This document shows, one piece after another, positions 1-14,743 of a stretch of DNA of 64,000 nt (position 1 is the stretch's first letter; each line of letters opens with the position of its first letter). The notes beneath the pieces are model-generated. The model did not search any database and had not been told where the DNA came from. It saw only the letters and a list, made by a program, of their open reading frames with translations. A program made the translations under genes and the position numbers. The stretch is from Dictyostelium discoideum (taxonomy: Eukaryota): assembly GCA_000004695.1 (NCBI GenBank), contig CM000154.2, forward strand, positions 1,120,001-1,184,000, read 5' to 3'.

Positions 1-1
1 A

Positions 2-1222
<1,221 letters not shown>

Positions 1223-1242
1223 AAAAAAAAAATATATATTTT

Positions 1243-1280
<38 letters not shown>

Positions 1281-1400
1281 AAGTAAATAATATATCAAAA
1301 AATAAAAAAAAATATTAAAAAAAAAATATAAAATTGTTCCAAATAAAATATATATATATAAATATAAAACTTTTTTTTTTTGTATTTATCACATTGCCCC

Positions 1401-1443
<43 letters not shown>

Positions 1444-1674
1444 AAAATTTAAATTTTAAATTACTTTGAATTTTTATAACTTTTTTTTTAATAAAAAAAA
1501 AAAATTTAATGGCCATTAAAAAAAATTTTTAAAAAAAATTTTTTTTTTTATTTAAAGTTTTAAAAAAAATTTTTCCAAAAATAATTTTTTTTTTTACAAA
1601 AAAAATAAAAACCTAAATGGTTTTTTTTTTTTTTTTTTTTTTTAAATAAACCACAACCCAAGGAGAATTGGTTA

Positions 1675-1705
<31 letters not shown>

Positions 1706-1792
1706 GTTGGAGAATGTCATGACGGCATTTATTTCTTTTTCTTATTCATTTTTAATTTTTTTTTTAATTTATTTTCAATTTTAATTTTTTTT

Positions 1793-1846
<54 letters not shown>

Positions 1847-1890
1847 TTTTTCAATCATTCTCAATTTCACTTTTAGTTATATCCTTAAAG

Positions 1891-3618
1891 ATGTTATCAA
1901 GAAATTTAAAAACTTTAGTTGTAAGCTATTATTATTATTATTATTATTATCATCATCATTTAGTTAATTTATCTATCGTTATTAAAATCGGAAACAACTT
2001 TTTTTTTATTTTTTTTTTTTTTTTATTTAAAAAAAAATGAAATTTCAAATTATTCATTTATAATTTTAATTATTAATTTTTTTTTATTTTTTTATTTTTT
2101 ATTTTTTTTTTTATATAGAAAAATAAAAATATATTATATTTTACTACATCAACTAGTAAATCAAATAAAATTTATGAAAATGCAAAGGAAGCAGTTAAAG
2201 ATATTCCAAATGGTTCAAAATTATTAGTAGGTGGATTTGGACTTTGTGGTATTCCAGAGAATTTAATATCAGCAGTACGTGATACAGGTGTAAAGGATTT
2301 AACAGTTGTTAGTAATAATGCAGGTGTTGATGATTTTGGATTAGGTGTTTTATTAAAGAGTAGACAAATTAAAAGAATGATCTCATCATATGTTGGTGAG
2401 AATGCAACCTTTGAGAGTCAATATCTCAAGGGTGAGCTTGAAGTAGAGTTAACACCACAAGGTAATTTAGCAGAGAGATTAAGAGCAGGTGGTGCAGGTA
2501 TTCCAGCTTTCTATACAAGTACAGGTGTTGGTACAGTGTTGGTGGAAGAAGGTGGTTTCCCAATCAAGTATGCAAATGATGGTTCAGGTAAAGTTGAAAT
2601 TAAGAGCGAACCACGTCCAACTCAACTTTACAATGGTCGTAAATATTGTTTAGAAGAATCAATCACTGGTGATTACGCATTGATTAAAGCATGGAAAGCT
2701 GATACTAGAGGCAATTTAGTATTTAGAAATACCGCACGTAATTTCAATCCACCAATGGCAACAGCAGCCAAAATCACCATTGCAGAGGTTGAAGAAATCG
2801 TTGATGCTGGTGAAATTAAACCTGATGAAGTTCATGTACCAGGTATTTATATTCAACGTATTGTTAAAGGTCCATCATTTGAAAAACGTATCGAACGTTT
2901 AACAGTCCAAAAAGAGAAAACTGGTGAAGCAGCTGCCAAACCAAAGGATGAGGCAGCAGCCAAGAGAGAGCGTATCGTACGTCGTGCAGCTTTAGAGTTT
3001 GAAGATGGTATGTATTGTAATCTTGGTATTGGTATGCCAACATTGGCCAGTAATTTCATTCCAAAGGGTATTAGAATCGAATTACAATCAGAGAATGGCT
3101 TATTAGGTATGGGTCCATTCCCAAAAATGGGCGAACATGATGCCGATTTAATCAATGCAGGTAAGGAAACCGTTACAACCATTCCAGGTTCTTCCATTTT
3201 CTCAAGTGCTGATTCATTCGCAATGATTCGTGGTGGTCATGTTGATTTAACAATTCTTGGTGGTATGCAAGTTAGTGGTAATGGTGATTTGGCCAATTGG
3301 GTCATTCCTGGCTCAATGGTTAAAGGTCCAGGTGGTGCTATGGATTTAACTTCAAGTGGTTCACGTGTAGTTGTCATAATGGAACATACCACAAAACATG
3401 GAAAACCAAAGATTTTAAAGAATTGTACACTTCCACTCACTGGTAAATCTTGTGTAAATAGAATCATCACTGAATTGGCAGTTTTCGATGTCGTCAATGG
3501 TAAATTAGAATTAATTGAAGTCGTTGATGGCCAAACAGTTGATGATATTAAATCTAAAACTGAAGCAGAATTTACTGTTTCAAAAAATTTAAAACCATTA
3601 CAACAAGTTGAAATTTAA
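1891..3618 (+). CDS. oxct1: Succinyl-CoA:3-ketoacid CoA transferase (SCOT/OXCT), mitochondrial. There are two exons: 1891..1920 and 2119..3618.
   Basis: ORF 2377..3618 and the in-frame sequence upstream of it back to 2119 (…[36 protein letters not shown]…SENG…GGAMDL…) form a full-length CoA-transferase family I protein, with fused A and B subunits. A short exon 1 reads ATG TTA TCA AGA AAT TTA AAA ACT TTA GTT followed by GTAAGC. It encodes [10 protein letters not shown], a presequence-like N-terminus. The acceptor ATATAG at 2113-2118 keeps phase 0. An in-frame TAG at 2116 prevents extending exon 2 further 5'. Confidence 0.8.
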
Positions 3619-3734
3619 AATAATAATAATAATAATAATAAAAATATCAACATTTCCTAAAATATAAATTATTTTTTTTTTTAGATTTTCTCAATTATTT
3701 GATCTTTTTTTTTTTTTTTTCCACTTACTTCCAC

Positions 3735-3771
<37 letters not shown>

Positions 3772-3820
3772 GGATTTTTTTTTTAATTTTTGTGTTTTGA
3801 AAACCTTTTTTTTTTTTTTT

Positions 3821-3858
<38 letters not shown>

Positions 3859-4019
3859 TTTCCTTCTATTGAATTCTAGATTTATTTATATTGTTTAATG
3901 ATTAAAATAATTATTGCATAGGTGTATATTTATATAAATCTATAGATCTATAATAAATTTAAATTATTTAAATTTCAATAAAAATAAAAATAATAATAAA
4001 AAAAAAAAAATAATAATAG

Positions 4020-4972
4020 ATGTCAATAAATCAAAATGGAATATATTTACAACCACAACAGAATATAATTTCAGCATCTAATGGAATGAATCCAACACAA
4101 ATTACAATACCAACACAATTGACACCGTCAATATCATCATTATCACAACAATATCAACAATATCAATTACAACAACTACAACAACAGCAACAACAACAAA
4201 ATATACAGCCAAATCAACAACAAACCATTAATATTGAATCACCAATAAATTGTAATTTAAAATTAAATAATCAAAATTTAGAAAAGATAACAACTTTTGA
4301 ACAATTTCAACAATTGGATGTTGTACAACAATCACAATTATTTTATCAACTTCATGAATCATTTTTAAATTTATCATCACATGATGGTAAACAAATTGGT
4401 AGATTAAAAATTAAACAAACTAGTATTGATGTTATAAATTTAGGTAATTATTTTAATAAATATTTTAAAAAATAAAATAATATAAATAAAATAAAATAAA
4501 ATATTTATTTATATTAATTAATTAATTAAAAAAAAGAAATTGAATCAAATCCAAATTATGAAATTATAGTTCAAAATAGTACAAAGAAATTTTATTTTAA
4601 AGGTATGATAAATTCAGTTGGTAAACAACAAGGTATATGTGAAGATAGTCATTTTTTAAGTAAAGATTTTACAACGATTGGTGTGGCTGATGGTGTAGGA
4701 TCATGGAGATCAGTTGGTATTGATCCTGGTGAATATTCTCGATTTTTAATGAGTTTTATATATGGCCAATCATTGACAACTCCTTATTTAAAACCCTATG
4801 AATTAATTGAATCTGCCTATAGGGAATCTGTAAATATACCAGGTAGTTCCACAATTTGTATTTTAAAAATTATTGGTTCAAAAGTTTATAGTGGTTTAGT
4901 TGGTGATTCTTCTTTTATTCAAATTAGAAAAGATCAAATTTATTTTAGGTCAAACGAACAAACTCATAGTAT

Positions 4973-5017
<45 letters not shown>

Positions 5018-5397
5018 ATTTAATAATAATAATAATTAATATTTACTTTAAATTTAAATTTAAATAATAAGAACCAAATTTTCCATATCAACTTGGACAA
5101 AATAGTGTTGATAAACCATCTTCAGGTGTTTATATGGAGCATCCAATTCAAGAGAATGATATTTTTGTAATTGGAACCGATGGATTTTTTGATAATATAT
5201 TTGATCAAGAGATAGTTAAAGCAATCAAAGAGGTAAACTCTATTGAATCGTTTTTTAAATGTTTAATGGAATTAGCAAAATCAAAATCTCAAGATCCTGA
5301 AGCTCAAACTCCAATAGGTCAAAGAAATGGAAAAATTGGTGGTAAAAATGATGATATTACTGTTGGTTGTTTTGTCATTTCAAAATTAAATAAATAA
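4020..5397 (+). CDS. PP2C-type protein phosphatase of the PPTC7 (T-cell activation PP2C-like) family, probably mitochondrial. Exons are 4020..4443, 4603..4968 and 5072..5397.
   Basis: Exon 2 has GVADGVGSW, the PPTC7 motif 'GVADGVGGW'. Exons 2 and 3 give …RSNEQTH|K|PNFPYQLGQ…, matching PPTC7 'RSDEQQHYFNTPFQLS'. Exon 3 has IGTDGFFDN and GGKNDDITV. The donor GTATGT at 4969 and the acceptor AATAAG at 5066-5071 are phase 1. Exon 1 is a Q-rich N-terminal extension. It joins through donor GTAATT at 4444 and acceptor TTTTAAAG at 4595-4602, also phase 1. The exon 1 linkage is less certain. Confidence 0.7.
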
Positions 5398-5740
5398 ATT
5401 TTTTTTTTTTTTTTTTTTTTTCTATTTTTACAAACTTTTTCTTTTTTTAGTTCCATTAAAAAAAAAAAAAAAAAAAAAAAAGTTTTTTACAAAGCAGATT
5501 TGTTGTTATTTTTTAATTTTTTTTCCAAATTTTAATTTTTTTTTTTTTTTTTTTCAATTTTCTTTTTTTTTTTAAATTTTTTTTTTTTTTTAAATTTTTT
5601 TTTTATAAATATTTTCACTCACAAAGCATATTTTCAACAAAAATTAAATCGTTGCATTATAAAACTTTTTTGAAAAAAAAAAAAAAAACAAAAGACATAC
5701 AGATAGGGATTTTTTTTAAAAAAAAAAAAAAAAAAAAAGA

Positions 5741-8034
5741 ATGAATTTTCAAACTTACAATCAAGTAATTGAGCATTCAGATCTTTTTAAGAGTGTGTTT
5801 TATTATCATCATAGCCAAGTAACAATAAACAATGATTTAAATATTAGTAATAACAACAACAACAACAACAACAATAACAATAACAATAATAACAATAACA
5901 ATGATATTATCGATCAACAAAATGATTTATCTGATACCACAATTCAAACAGTTAATATTAATATTCAATCATTACAACAACAGCAACAAAATATTGACAA
6001 CACAATAATTGAAGGAAGTTTATTAGAGAAAAGAGATTTTTGTTATGGTTTGGGTTTACGTACTCCAGAAGTTCCTTATTTATTTACAAGACTTTGCATG
6101 ACAACAAATCCAAGCAGTCGTATGTATAAATTTATAAATTTGAAAATTTCAATTTTTTTTTTTTCCTCTCTCTCTCTCTCTTTCTCTCAATTTATAATAC
6201 TAATATTTCATTTCAAAAAAATAATAATAATAATAAATATAGATTGTTTTGATTGTTTAGAAAATGATTTACCAAATGTTAAAAATGATGAAGATAATGT
6301 TATCTCTGCATTCGATTATATAATTACAGATTTTATTAGAGAGAATATGACAAAATTATCAAATAATTCATTCAAGTGTCAAATTGATTCAATGATGTTT
6401 TCATCAGAGAAACAACTCATTGACCATATGAAAGAAGATCACAAATCTTTAATATTTTCAACTATATCTTTATTAATTGATGGTAAGTTCTCTCTCAATT
6501 TTTTTTTTTAAAAATTTTTTTTAAAAAATTAACAATACAATTCATTTTTTTTTTTTTTTTTTTTTTTTGTTATATATTAAAAATTGAAAATCTAATTTAT
6601 ATTATTCTATTTTAGATAATGAAACAAGTTATATGGGTAATTTTTTCACAAAGTTGATGTATTCTGATAGTTTTTATTCAGCATATCAAAATCCACCAAT
6701 CCAACCTCCAAAAAGAGTTTTAATGGAACAAAGACATGTTCCAAGTGTATTGGCACCATCATTACCACTACTTACTCAAGTTGATACATCAGTATTATCA
6801 ACACCAACAAGTGTATCAACAACATTATCAACAACAACAACAACAGCAACAACAGCAGTACCATCAACTACAGTACCACCAACTACAGTACCATCATCAT
6901 CAACCATCACCACCACCACAACAGCAGCAGCAGCAGCAACTTTAATGGCAGCTATAGCCACTAAAAAATCAAAGAAATCTAAAAAAAAAGTAAATATTGA
7001 ACCAAAAGTTTGCTTTACAAATCTTTTTCCAAAAGAAGATGTATCAGAGTATGCATTTTCATTGTTTAGTGATTTTTTAAAACCTTCATTTTCATTTGAA
7101 CAAAAAAAAGTAACCAAAAATAAAATTGATCAACAAATGGAACTATTTAAAAATGAATCAGATGAAGCTAGAATGAAAAGAGAACAATCTTTAATAAATG
7201 ATACAATCATTAAAATAAAAGAAAATGCCTTATCAGATATTAAAGAAGAAGAAAAACAAAAATTAAAAGATGGAAATAAAAAATCAAAAGGAAAGAATAT
7301 TGAAAAAGAAAAAGAAAATCATATAAATCAAACTTCAAATATAGAAAATAATAATAATAATAATAATATAGATAATGAATTAGATGAAAAACAAAAAGAA
7401 AAAGAAAAAGAAAAAGAAAAAGAAAAAGAAAAGGAAAAAGAGAAAGAGAAAGAAAAAGAAAAAGAAACCACAACAACAACCACAGCAACAACCACAGATC
7501 AGCAACAAACTATAATAGAAGAAGAAATTGACGAAGAATATGAATTATTACTAAGTGAAATTGCTGAAGAAATTTTGAATGAAGTTGTAGAGGAACTTTG
7601 CGGTAAAGTATCTAAAAAGATTTATTTAGATGACAAAAGGAAAAAGAATAAAGAAGAAAAGGAAAGAGAATTAGAACGTGAACGTGAGTTAGAACGTGAA
7701 CGTGAATTAGAACGTGAACGTGAAAGACAAATAAAAGAAAAAGAGTTGGAACGTGAACGTGAATTGGAACGTGAACGTGAAAGAATAGAAAAAGAGAAAC
7801 TATTGGAACGTGAACGTGAAAGAAAAGAAAAAGAGAAACAATTAGAACGTGAACGTGAACAATTAAGATTGGAAAAAGAGGAAAAAGAAAGATTAAAACA
7901 ACAATCTGAAGAATTGGATAATTTAGTTGATGAAATTTTAGATGAATTAATATTTGATCAAGTTTCTGAAATTGCAACTACAACTTATCAAGAATATTTA
8001 TCAAATAAAAATAAGCAACAACAACAAATACTGC

Positions 8035-8084
<50 letters not shown>

Positions 8085-8256
8085 ATACTGCAACAACAGC
8101 AATTACAACAACAACAACAACAACAACAGCAGCAATTACAACAACAGCAATTACAACAACAACAACAACAATTACAGCAGCAATCTACAAATAAACAAAA
8201 ACCATCTCAAGATTCTCCACCTAATAATTCAGCACAACAAAAGAAACAGCAGCAGC

Positions 8257-8338
<82 letters not shown>

Positions 8339-8508
8339 TATTAAAAATAGAGGGGATCTTAGTTCAAACTCTTCACAATTTGTCCCTCAAGTTAATACAC
8401 CACCATTATCACCAATATCACCTCTATCATACACTGCCCAACCATATACACCCGTTACACTTAAAAATCAACAATTACAACAAAATCAAAACCAAATACA
8501 TCAACATC

Positions 8509-8556
<48 letters not shown>

Positions 8557-10148
8557 TATCACCAACACCAATATCACCACCAAAATCATCATTCCAAAAT
8601 CCTCTATTATCAAATATTAATATCAATAACAATCCAATGAAGCAATCCATAACTCAAAAACCAATCTCACCATCCAATAACTCTATGAATGGTCCAATTA
8701 ATTCAACCAATCCATTAAATCCAATAGGTCCAATTAACCCATTAAATCCAATGAACCCAATGAATAATCTATTAAATATTGAAAATATGCACCTAATTGG
8801 AAATAATACTGGCAACAATAGTAATCGTGTTGGTAATATGACCCTTAATGGGTTCTTTGAGAATGATCCACCAAACATGTTACCATTATATTTTGTTAAT
8901 TTATTAACCAGTTGTGGGTTCATCATTGAATTCACTGGTATTTTCAATTACAATTTCCTTTCATCGGTTGGTACTATCGTAGAGTATTTTAGAATTTTAG
9001 ATTGTAGAATTTCAACAATTGGTGGTGAACCAAAAGTATTATTCCAAAATAATTCATTTTGTTTAGTTCAATTCGAATCTTTAAAGGATTTAGATAAAGC
9101 AATTAAAAATAGTACTTCATTATTAATTACAAGAGTTATTAATGTTATCATACCAAATAATAATGATACTTCTTCATCTCCACCACCTTTACAACAATTA
9201 CAACAATTACAACAATTACAACAACTACAACAATTACAACAATTACAACAATTACAACAATTGCAACAATTACAACAGCTACAACAATTACAACAACAAC
9301 AACCTATAGGCTTTAGTATCTCAAATGATAATTCTAATCAATTCCAACAAACATCTCAATTTTTAGCCAACCCCAATACCTCAACATCACCAACATCTTT
9401 ATCTCAACAACAACAGCAACAACAACAACAACAACAACAACCACAACCAACACCATTTAACCAATATATTAAAGCTCCATCCGCGGTAAATTTAATTGAC
9501 TCTGGTTTATTAAATAATTTGATTGATCCTTTAAGTGGAAGTGGAAGTGTTATTAGACAACCCACCCCTACCAATTCTGTTTCTTTCCACCAACCACCAC
9601 CAAAAACACCTTCTCCCCCATTACAACAGACTCAACAAAAACAACAGACTCAACAACAATCTCAACTTCACCCACAACAACACATTCAACAACAATATCA
9701 ACAACAACAACAACAACAACAACAGCAACAACAACAACAGCAACAACAGCAGCAACAACAACAACAACAACAACAACAGCAACAGCAACAACAACAACAG
9801 CAACAACAACAACAGCAACAACAACAACAGCAACAACAACAACAGCAACAACAACAACAACAACAGCAACAACAAGACCTACAAAGATCAATATCACCAA
9901 ACAACCATTCGTTATCAATATTATTAAATACTGAAAAGGATGAGAAAGTATCAAGAAATGATTACATTAAAAAAGAAATTCACAATACTGTTGTATCACC
10001 ACCAATCTTATTTGGTTCATCACTTTTAAATGGTTTATCAAACTTTTCCAATCTTAATATCAACAGTAGTACTACCACTAACAGTGTTATTAGTAATAAT
10101 AATAATAACAATAATAATGAAAATAAAAACAATAATACCAATAATAAT

Positions 10149-10197
<49 letters not shown>

Positions 10198-10550
10198 TTA
10201 ATAATATTAATAATATTAATAACAATAACAATAATAATAATAATAATATTAATATTAGTAATAGTGGCACTGCCATCCCAAATCTATCAGGTTTGTCAAA
10301 TTTAAATAACTTGCCAAATTTAAATAATTTATCAAATTTAAATGGTGATGATGATGATATCCCACCACTTACTTTCTTTTCCCAAGATCTAAAATTATTT
10401 TCATTTAATAGTAGTGGTAGTAGTAATCCAAATAATTTAAATAATAATATCAACAATATTGTTGATAATAACAAAAATAATAATAACAATAACAATTTAA
10501 ATAATCATATTAATATTAATAATAATTTGTTTAATGGTAATAAATGGTAG
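5741..10550 (+). CDS. Large low-complexity protein rich in polyQ, polyN, KEKE and ELERER repeats, with a C2H2-like motif and an RRM-like segment. Exons are 5741..6119, 6243..6482 (the alternative acceptor gives 6261..6482) and 6616..10550.
   Basis: ORFs 5741..6511 and 6633..10550 join in frame. The first intron uses donor GTATGT at 6120 and acceptor ATATAG at 6242 (or TGTTTAG at 6260). Both acceptors are phase 1 and in frame. The second intron uses donor GGTAAGT at 6483 and acceptor TATTTTAG at 6615, phase 1, reading …LLID|D|NETSYMGNFF…. The intron at 6120-6242 contains a (TC)n tract. An RRM-like stretch reads FCLVQFESLKDLDKAIKNSTSLLITRV. A C2H2-like motif reads FKCQIDSMMFSSEKQLIDHMKEDH. Confidence 0.6.
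9698..9873 (+). repeat. Long (CAA/CAG)n coding repeat giving about 58 Gln inside the 5741..10550 gene.
   Basis: This is a direct read of caacaacaa…cagcaacaa over about 175 nt. Similar arrays occur at 8019-8170, 8255-8340 and 8515-8560. Confidence 0.9.
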
Positions 10551-10852
10551 AAAATATTTATGTTATAAATAAATAAATTTTTTTTTTTTTTTTTTTTTTA
10601 ATTCTCAAACTGCATGTATCAATACTTGACAAAAATATAACAAATAATTATTTTTTTTTTATATAATTTTTATTAAATAAAATCAAACTAGATGATTAAT
10701 CAAATAATAAAACTACTGTGTTTTTTTTTTTAATTTTTTTTTTAAATTTTTTTTTTTTTTTTTATTTATATAAAAATTTTTAAAGACGACACAGTTTGAA
10801 GAGAAGGATTTAAAAATTGAGCTTGATACTTAATTAAAGCTAAAAATAAATT

Positions 10853-12297
10853 TAAGCTTTTGATAAAGATGGGAAGATATTAACATCAGTTACATCGACA
10901 CCTTTGACGACTTTCTTGGTGTTACCTTTTGGTCTTTGGGTTGATGGAGCAGATTTTAATTCGACTTGGATGACGTTCTTTTTGGTTTTCTTTTCTTCTT
11001 TGACAGATTTGGTATCTCTTTGTTTGACGACTTCTCTTTGGATTGGTTCGAATTCATCCCATTGAGCGTTTTTGGTTTCACCTTCACCAGCAACACGGAG
11101 TTTTGGTGCTTCGAGGGTGACTGAACCTTGTTGTTTAAGGTATTCACCGAGGGTTAAGGTTTTGTCTTCAACTGGGGCAGCGACGACTGGTTCAGTTGAT
11201 TCTTTTTCACCTTCAGTTGGGGTGACAGTGGCAACGTTGGTTTCAGCATCGACTGAACCTTCTTTACCCCAGTTACCTTGACCAGCACCACCTTTCTTGT
11301 TTTCATTGTGTGGACGACCAGTACCTGATTTACGATCGAATTGACGGTTACGAATGTTACCAGTGGCATCAGTACGTGGTTGGTGTTTTGGATAGCTCTT
11401 GCTGTCTCTCTTGGTGTTTTGACGTTCTTCAGAGGTTGCAACTTGTTGTTCACCATTGTTGACTCTCTTTGGTTTTGATTGACCTCCTAATTTTGGTGAT
11501 CTGTTTTCAACTAATTATTTTTTTTAAAATATATATATATTTGTAAATATTAATATCATTATCTATCTAATTAACTTTTTTTTTTTTTTTTTTTTTTGAA
11601 TTCCAATACCAAAAGGTTAAGAAAAAGAAAAATAAGACCTAAGCCTAACTAACCTAAATCTGACAACCCATTGGTTATAAATTCTTATTCTATTATCTCT
11701 ATGTTGCAATTTTTATTAACTATTTAACCTGTTAACTATATACCTTTGTTTTCAGTTTTTGGTGCAACTGGTTTTTTGGCAGCAACTGGTGCAGCAGCAG
11801 CTTGGGTGCTTTTGGTGGTTGGTTTCTTTTCAACCTCTTCGTCGTCTTGGAGAAGATCAAATAAATTTTTGGACTGTGAAAAATAAAATATTAGTATTTT
11901 ATTTTATTTTATTTTTATAAAATATTTTTTTTAATATTTTATTTAAATTTTTTTTTTTTTTTTTTTTAATATTTTATTTTATATATTTTGTCTGATATCA
12001 TTTAATATTTTATTTTATTTTTATTATTTATTTTTTAAGAGAGGAGAGAAAGAAAAAAAAAAAAAAAATACAATAAAAATTATCTCTTTTTTTTTTTTTT
12101 TGTATCTCTTAATTTTTTTCTCTTTCTCTCTCAAAAACCATTATTCTTTATTATTTCTTCTTTGTTAAACTGTTATTAATCTTTATGATAGATAATTGAT
12201 TTTTAAGAAAGATTAACAATGTTTTTGATAAGATTGAAAGACATAAGTGATATTAGATATTTGATTGAGAAAAGTGATAGGGACTTACTTTATCCAT
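10853..12297 (-). CDS. Stm1 / HABP4 / SERBP1-family (hyaluronan/mRNA-binding family) ribosome-associated protein. On the minus strand the three exons are 12297..12289, 11873..11744 and 11510..10853.
   Basis: The ORF track missed this gene because the main exon contains no Met. The micro first exon is ATG GAT AAA followed by GTAAGT (plus-strand ACTTAC at 12283-12288). Exon 2 follows the acceptor TTCACAG and reads SKNLFDLLQDDEEVEKKPTT…APKTENK, an Stm1_N-like segment. An in-frame TAG forces the splice at GTATAT (11743). Exon 3 follows AATTAG and contains …GNIRNRQFDRKSGTGRPHNENKKGGAGQGNWGKEG…, the HABP4_PAI-RBP1 signature, and ends …FPSLSKA*. Codon usage is strongly biased (GGT, CGT, AAC, ACC, TTC), typical of a highly expressed gene. 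The ORF-track ORFs 10956..11147 and 11154..11456 are in the wrong frame. Confidence 0.65.
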
Positions 12298-12774
12298 TTT
12301 TTTTATATATATTTCAAACTAAAGAAAACGAAAAAATTTTTACACACTGAAAAAATCCTTGCTATAGCCTCCCAAAAAAAAAAAAAAAAAAAAATTGAAA
12401 AAAAAATTAAAAAAAAAAAAAAATAAAAAAAAAAAAAAAAATAATTTCTGCGATAACAAACCTTCAAAATAAATCAAAAATTTAACTAATTTTTCATTTT
12501 TTTATTTATTTATTTTTTTTTTTTTTTGTTAAACTATTTTCACTTTTTTTAGTTTAAACTAATTATTTTATTATTATTTTTTTTTTTTTCATTTTTTAAA
12601 CTATTTTATTTTATTATTTTGTTTTTTTTTTTTTTATTACTGTTTTTAATAATTTAAAAATAGAAACAAACAAAAAATAAAAATAGAAATTTTTAAAAAT
12701 TTAAATTTTTATTATTCGAAATGATAATATAATAAAACTAAATTTCTTTTTTTTTTTTTTTTTATTTTCAACAT

Positions 12775-12809
<35 letters not shown>

Positions 12810-12898
12810 AAAATCAAAACTAAATTTTTAAAATAAATAAAAAACAATCAGTGTTTATTTTTTTAATATAATTATTTTTATATTTTTTATTTTTTTAT

Positions 12899-13138
12899 TT
12901 ATTTATTTAATTTATTATTTTCCAATGCTAAAAGTCTTTCATAACTTGATTTTAAATTGATTTCTTTTTTTTCATTAGTATTTTTTTCAAAATTATTTTT
13001 TAAATTATTTTTTTTTTTTTCTAAATCTATTCTGTAGTTATTATAATCCTTGACTTGATGATACCATTCTTTTGGGTCAATTCTTTGAAGTAGTGAATTT
13101 GGAATAACATTTGGAGTAAATTTATATTTTTCTTTCTG

Positions 13139-13183
<45 letters not shown>

Positions 13184-13691
13184 TTTATTTTTATTATTAT
13201 TATTATTATTTTTATTTTTATTATTATCATTATTAATATTTATTTTAGCTTGAGAAGATAAATTTATATAATTTTTTTCTTTATTTGTTTTTGAGTATGG
13301 TGAGTATTTTTCTTTATTTTCCAATACCTTCTTTTTATGTAATTTATGTAATTTAGTTTGATCAGGTGACCATTTTGAATGAAGAATTCTAGAGATTGCC
13401 TCTAAAGAGATTCTAAAACTTTTTGCTAAAACTGGTATGGTATAAATTTCAGGATCCTCTTTATGAAGTTCTCTAATTTGTTCCATATCACTACGAGTGA
13501 CTTTATTCTCTGGTGCCCATTGACCATTCTTTTTTCTTTGTTCAATCTTAAATAAAATTAAATTTGCTTTATCACCATATTGTTTTTTAATCCTTTCTTC
13601 TAATCTTTTTTTTGCTTCTTTTTGTTGTTGTTTTGTTAATTCAGGTTTTTCTTCAATTTTATTATTATTATTTTTATTTTTATTTTCTAAA

Positions 13692-13722
<31 letters not shown>

Positions 13723-13888
13723 CATTTTCAATATATTCATCTTCAATATATTCATCTTCTTCTCTTTTTATATTAATTTTATTATCTAATCTTTTTATAA
13801 ATTTCTTTTCTTCTTCTTCTTTTTCTTCTTCTTTTTGTTGTTTTTGAGTAAATATTTCTTTTGTTTCAATTATTGGTTGTGATTGTTT

Positions 13889-13922
<34 letters not shown>

Positions 13923-14443
13923 GGTAAATCATCATCGAAAACATAATCTTCCATACCTTCCATTCTATTTTCATCCATTTCATATTCAGCTAATCTATCA
14001 TTTTGGTCATACAAATCCATATTTTCATCAAAATTTAAAACTCCTTCACCATATTCTTCTTGTTCATCTTCTTCTTCATCATCATCTTTTTCATGTTGAT
14101 TTTCATTTTCATTCATTAATAATTCTGATTGTGTTGGTTTTGTTAATTTTGGTTTTGATGATTTTTGTTTTGGTTTTGGTGATTTCAATTTTTCATTCAA
14201 TTGATTCATTAACATTTTAATACTGTCAGTGGTTGATTCACTTTTTGGTACAGATTCAACTATACCATTTATAATACTTTCATCACGTTTTTGTGTTTTT
14301 TTTATTGTTTTACTTCTGTGTAGTGATAATGGTTTCTTGGTTACATAATGATTGATTTTAACATTATTTATTAAATTTGAAAATATTTTAACATTATTAC
14401 AATAGTTTATTTGATTACTTTTTTGTTGTAAATACCTAAACAT
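12899..14443 (-). CDS. Neugrin / Rrg9-like protein, probably mitochondrial, with long acidic and Asn-rich inserts.
   Basis: This is a single 514-aa ORF that starts at a true ATG. The segment …[77 protein letters not shown]… matches the neugrin/Rrg9 domain, including the (R)IL-KSKW-P motif. The N-terminus is basic. Confidence 0.55.
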
Positions 14444-14743
14444 ATCGTTTTTATATTTTATTTTATTTTTTTTATTATTATTTATATAAATTACAACTTT
14501 TTTTTCCTAACAAAAAATATTTTTTAAAAAAAAAAAAAAAAACACTTTTTTTTCGTTTTTTCTTTTTTTCGTTATAAAAATTTTTTATTTTTTTTTTTTT
14601 GTCATTTTTTTTTTATTTTTTTTATTTTGGTTTAAATTAAACTAAATTAATTTGTTTTTTTTTTTTTTTTTTTTTTTGGAAATTGTTTTACTTTTTTTTT
14701 TTTTTTTTTTTTTTTGGAAATTATTTTACATAAATATTTATTT

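Noticed and set aside
2853-3497. Minus-strand ORFs 2853..3197 and 3237..3497 inside the SCOT gene
   Set aside because: They are antisense to a strongly conserved CoA-transferase reading frame and have no start context or homology.
9568-9954. Antisense ORFs through trinucleotide repeats, translated as poly-L, poly-C, poly-V, poly-Y or poly-I. Examples are 9621..9875, 9698..9904, 9980..10495, 30742..30993, 31156..31575, 34951..35145 and 35191..35433.
   Set aside because: These are pure translations of (CAA)n and (AAT)n arrays on the wrong strand or frame. Their composition is driven entirely by the repeats. Each overlaps a well-supported sense-strand gene.
10956-11456. ORF-track ORFs 10956..11147 and 11154..11456 on the minus strand
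   Set aside because: Their frame is shifted by one relative to the Stm1/HABP4-like reading frame. The correct frame has the family motif and the biased codon usage. These two are fragments in the wrong frame.
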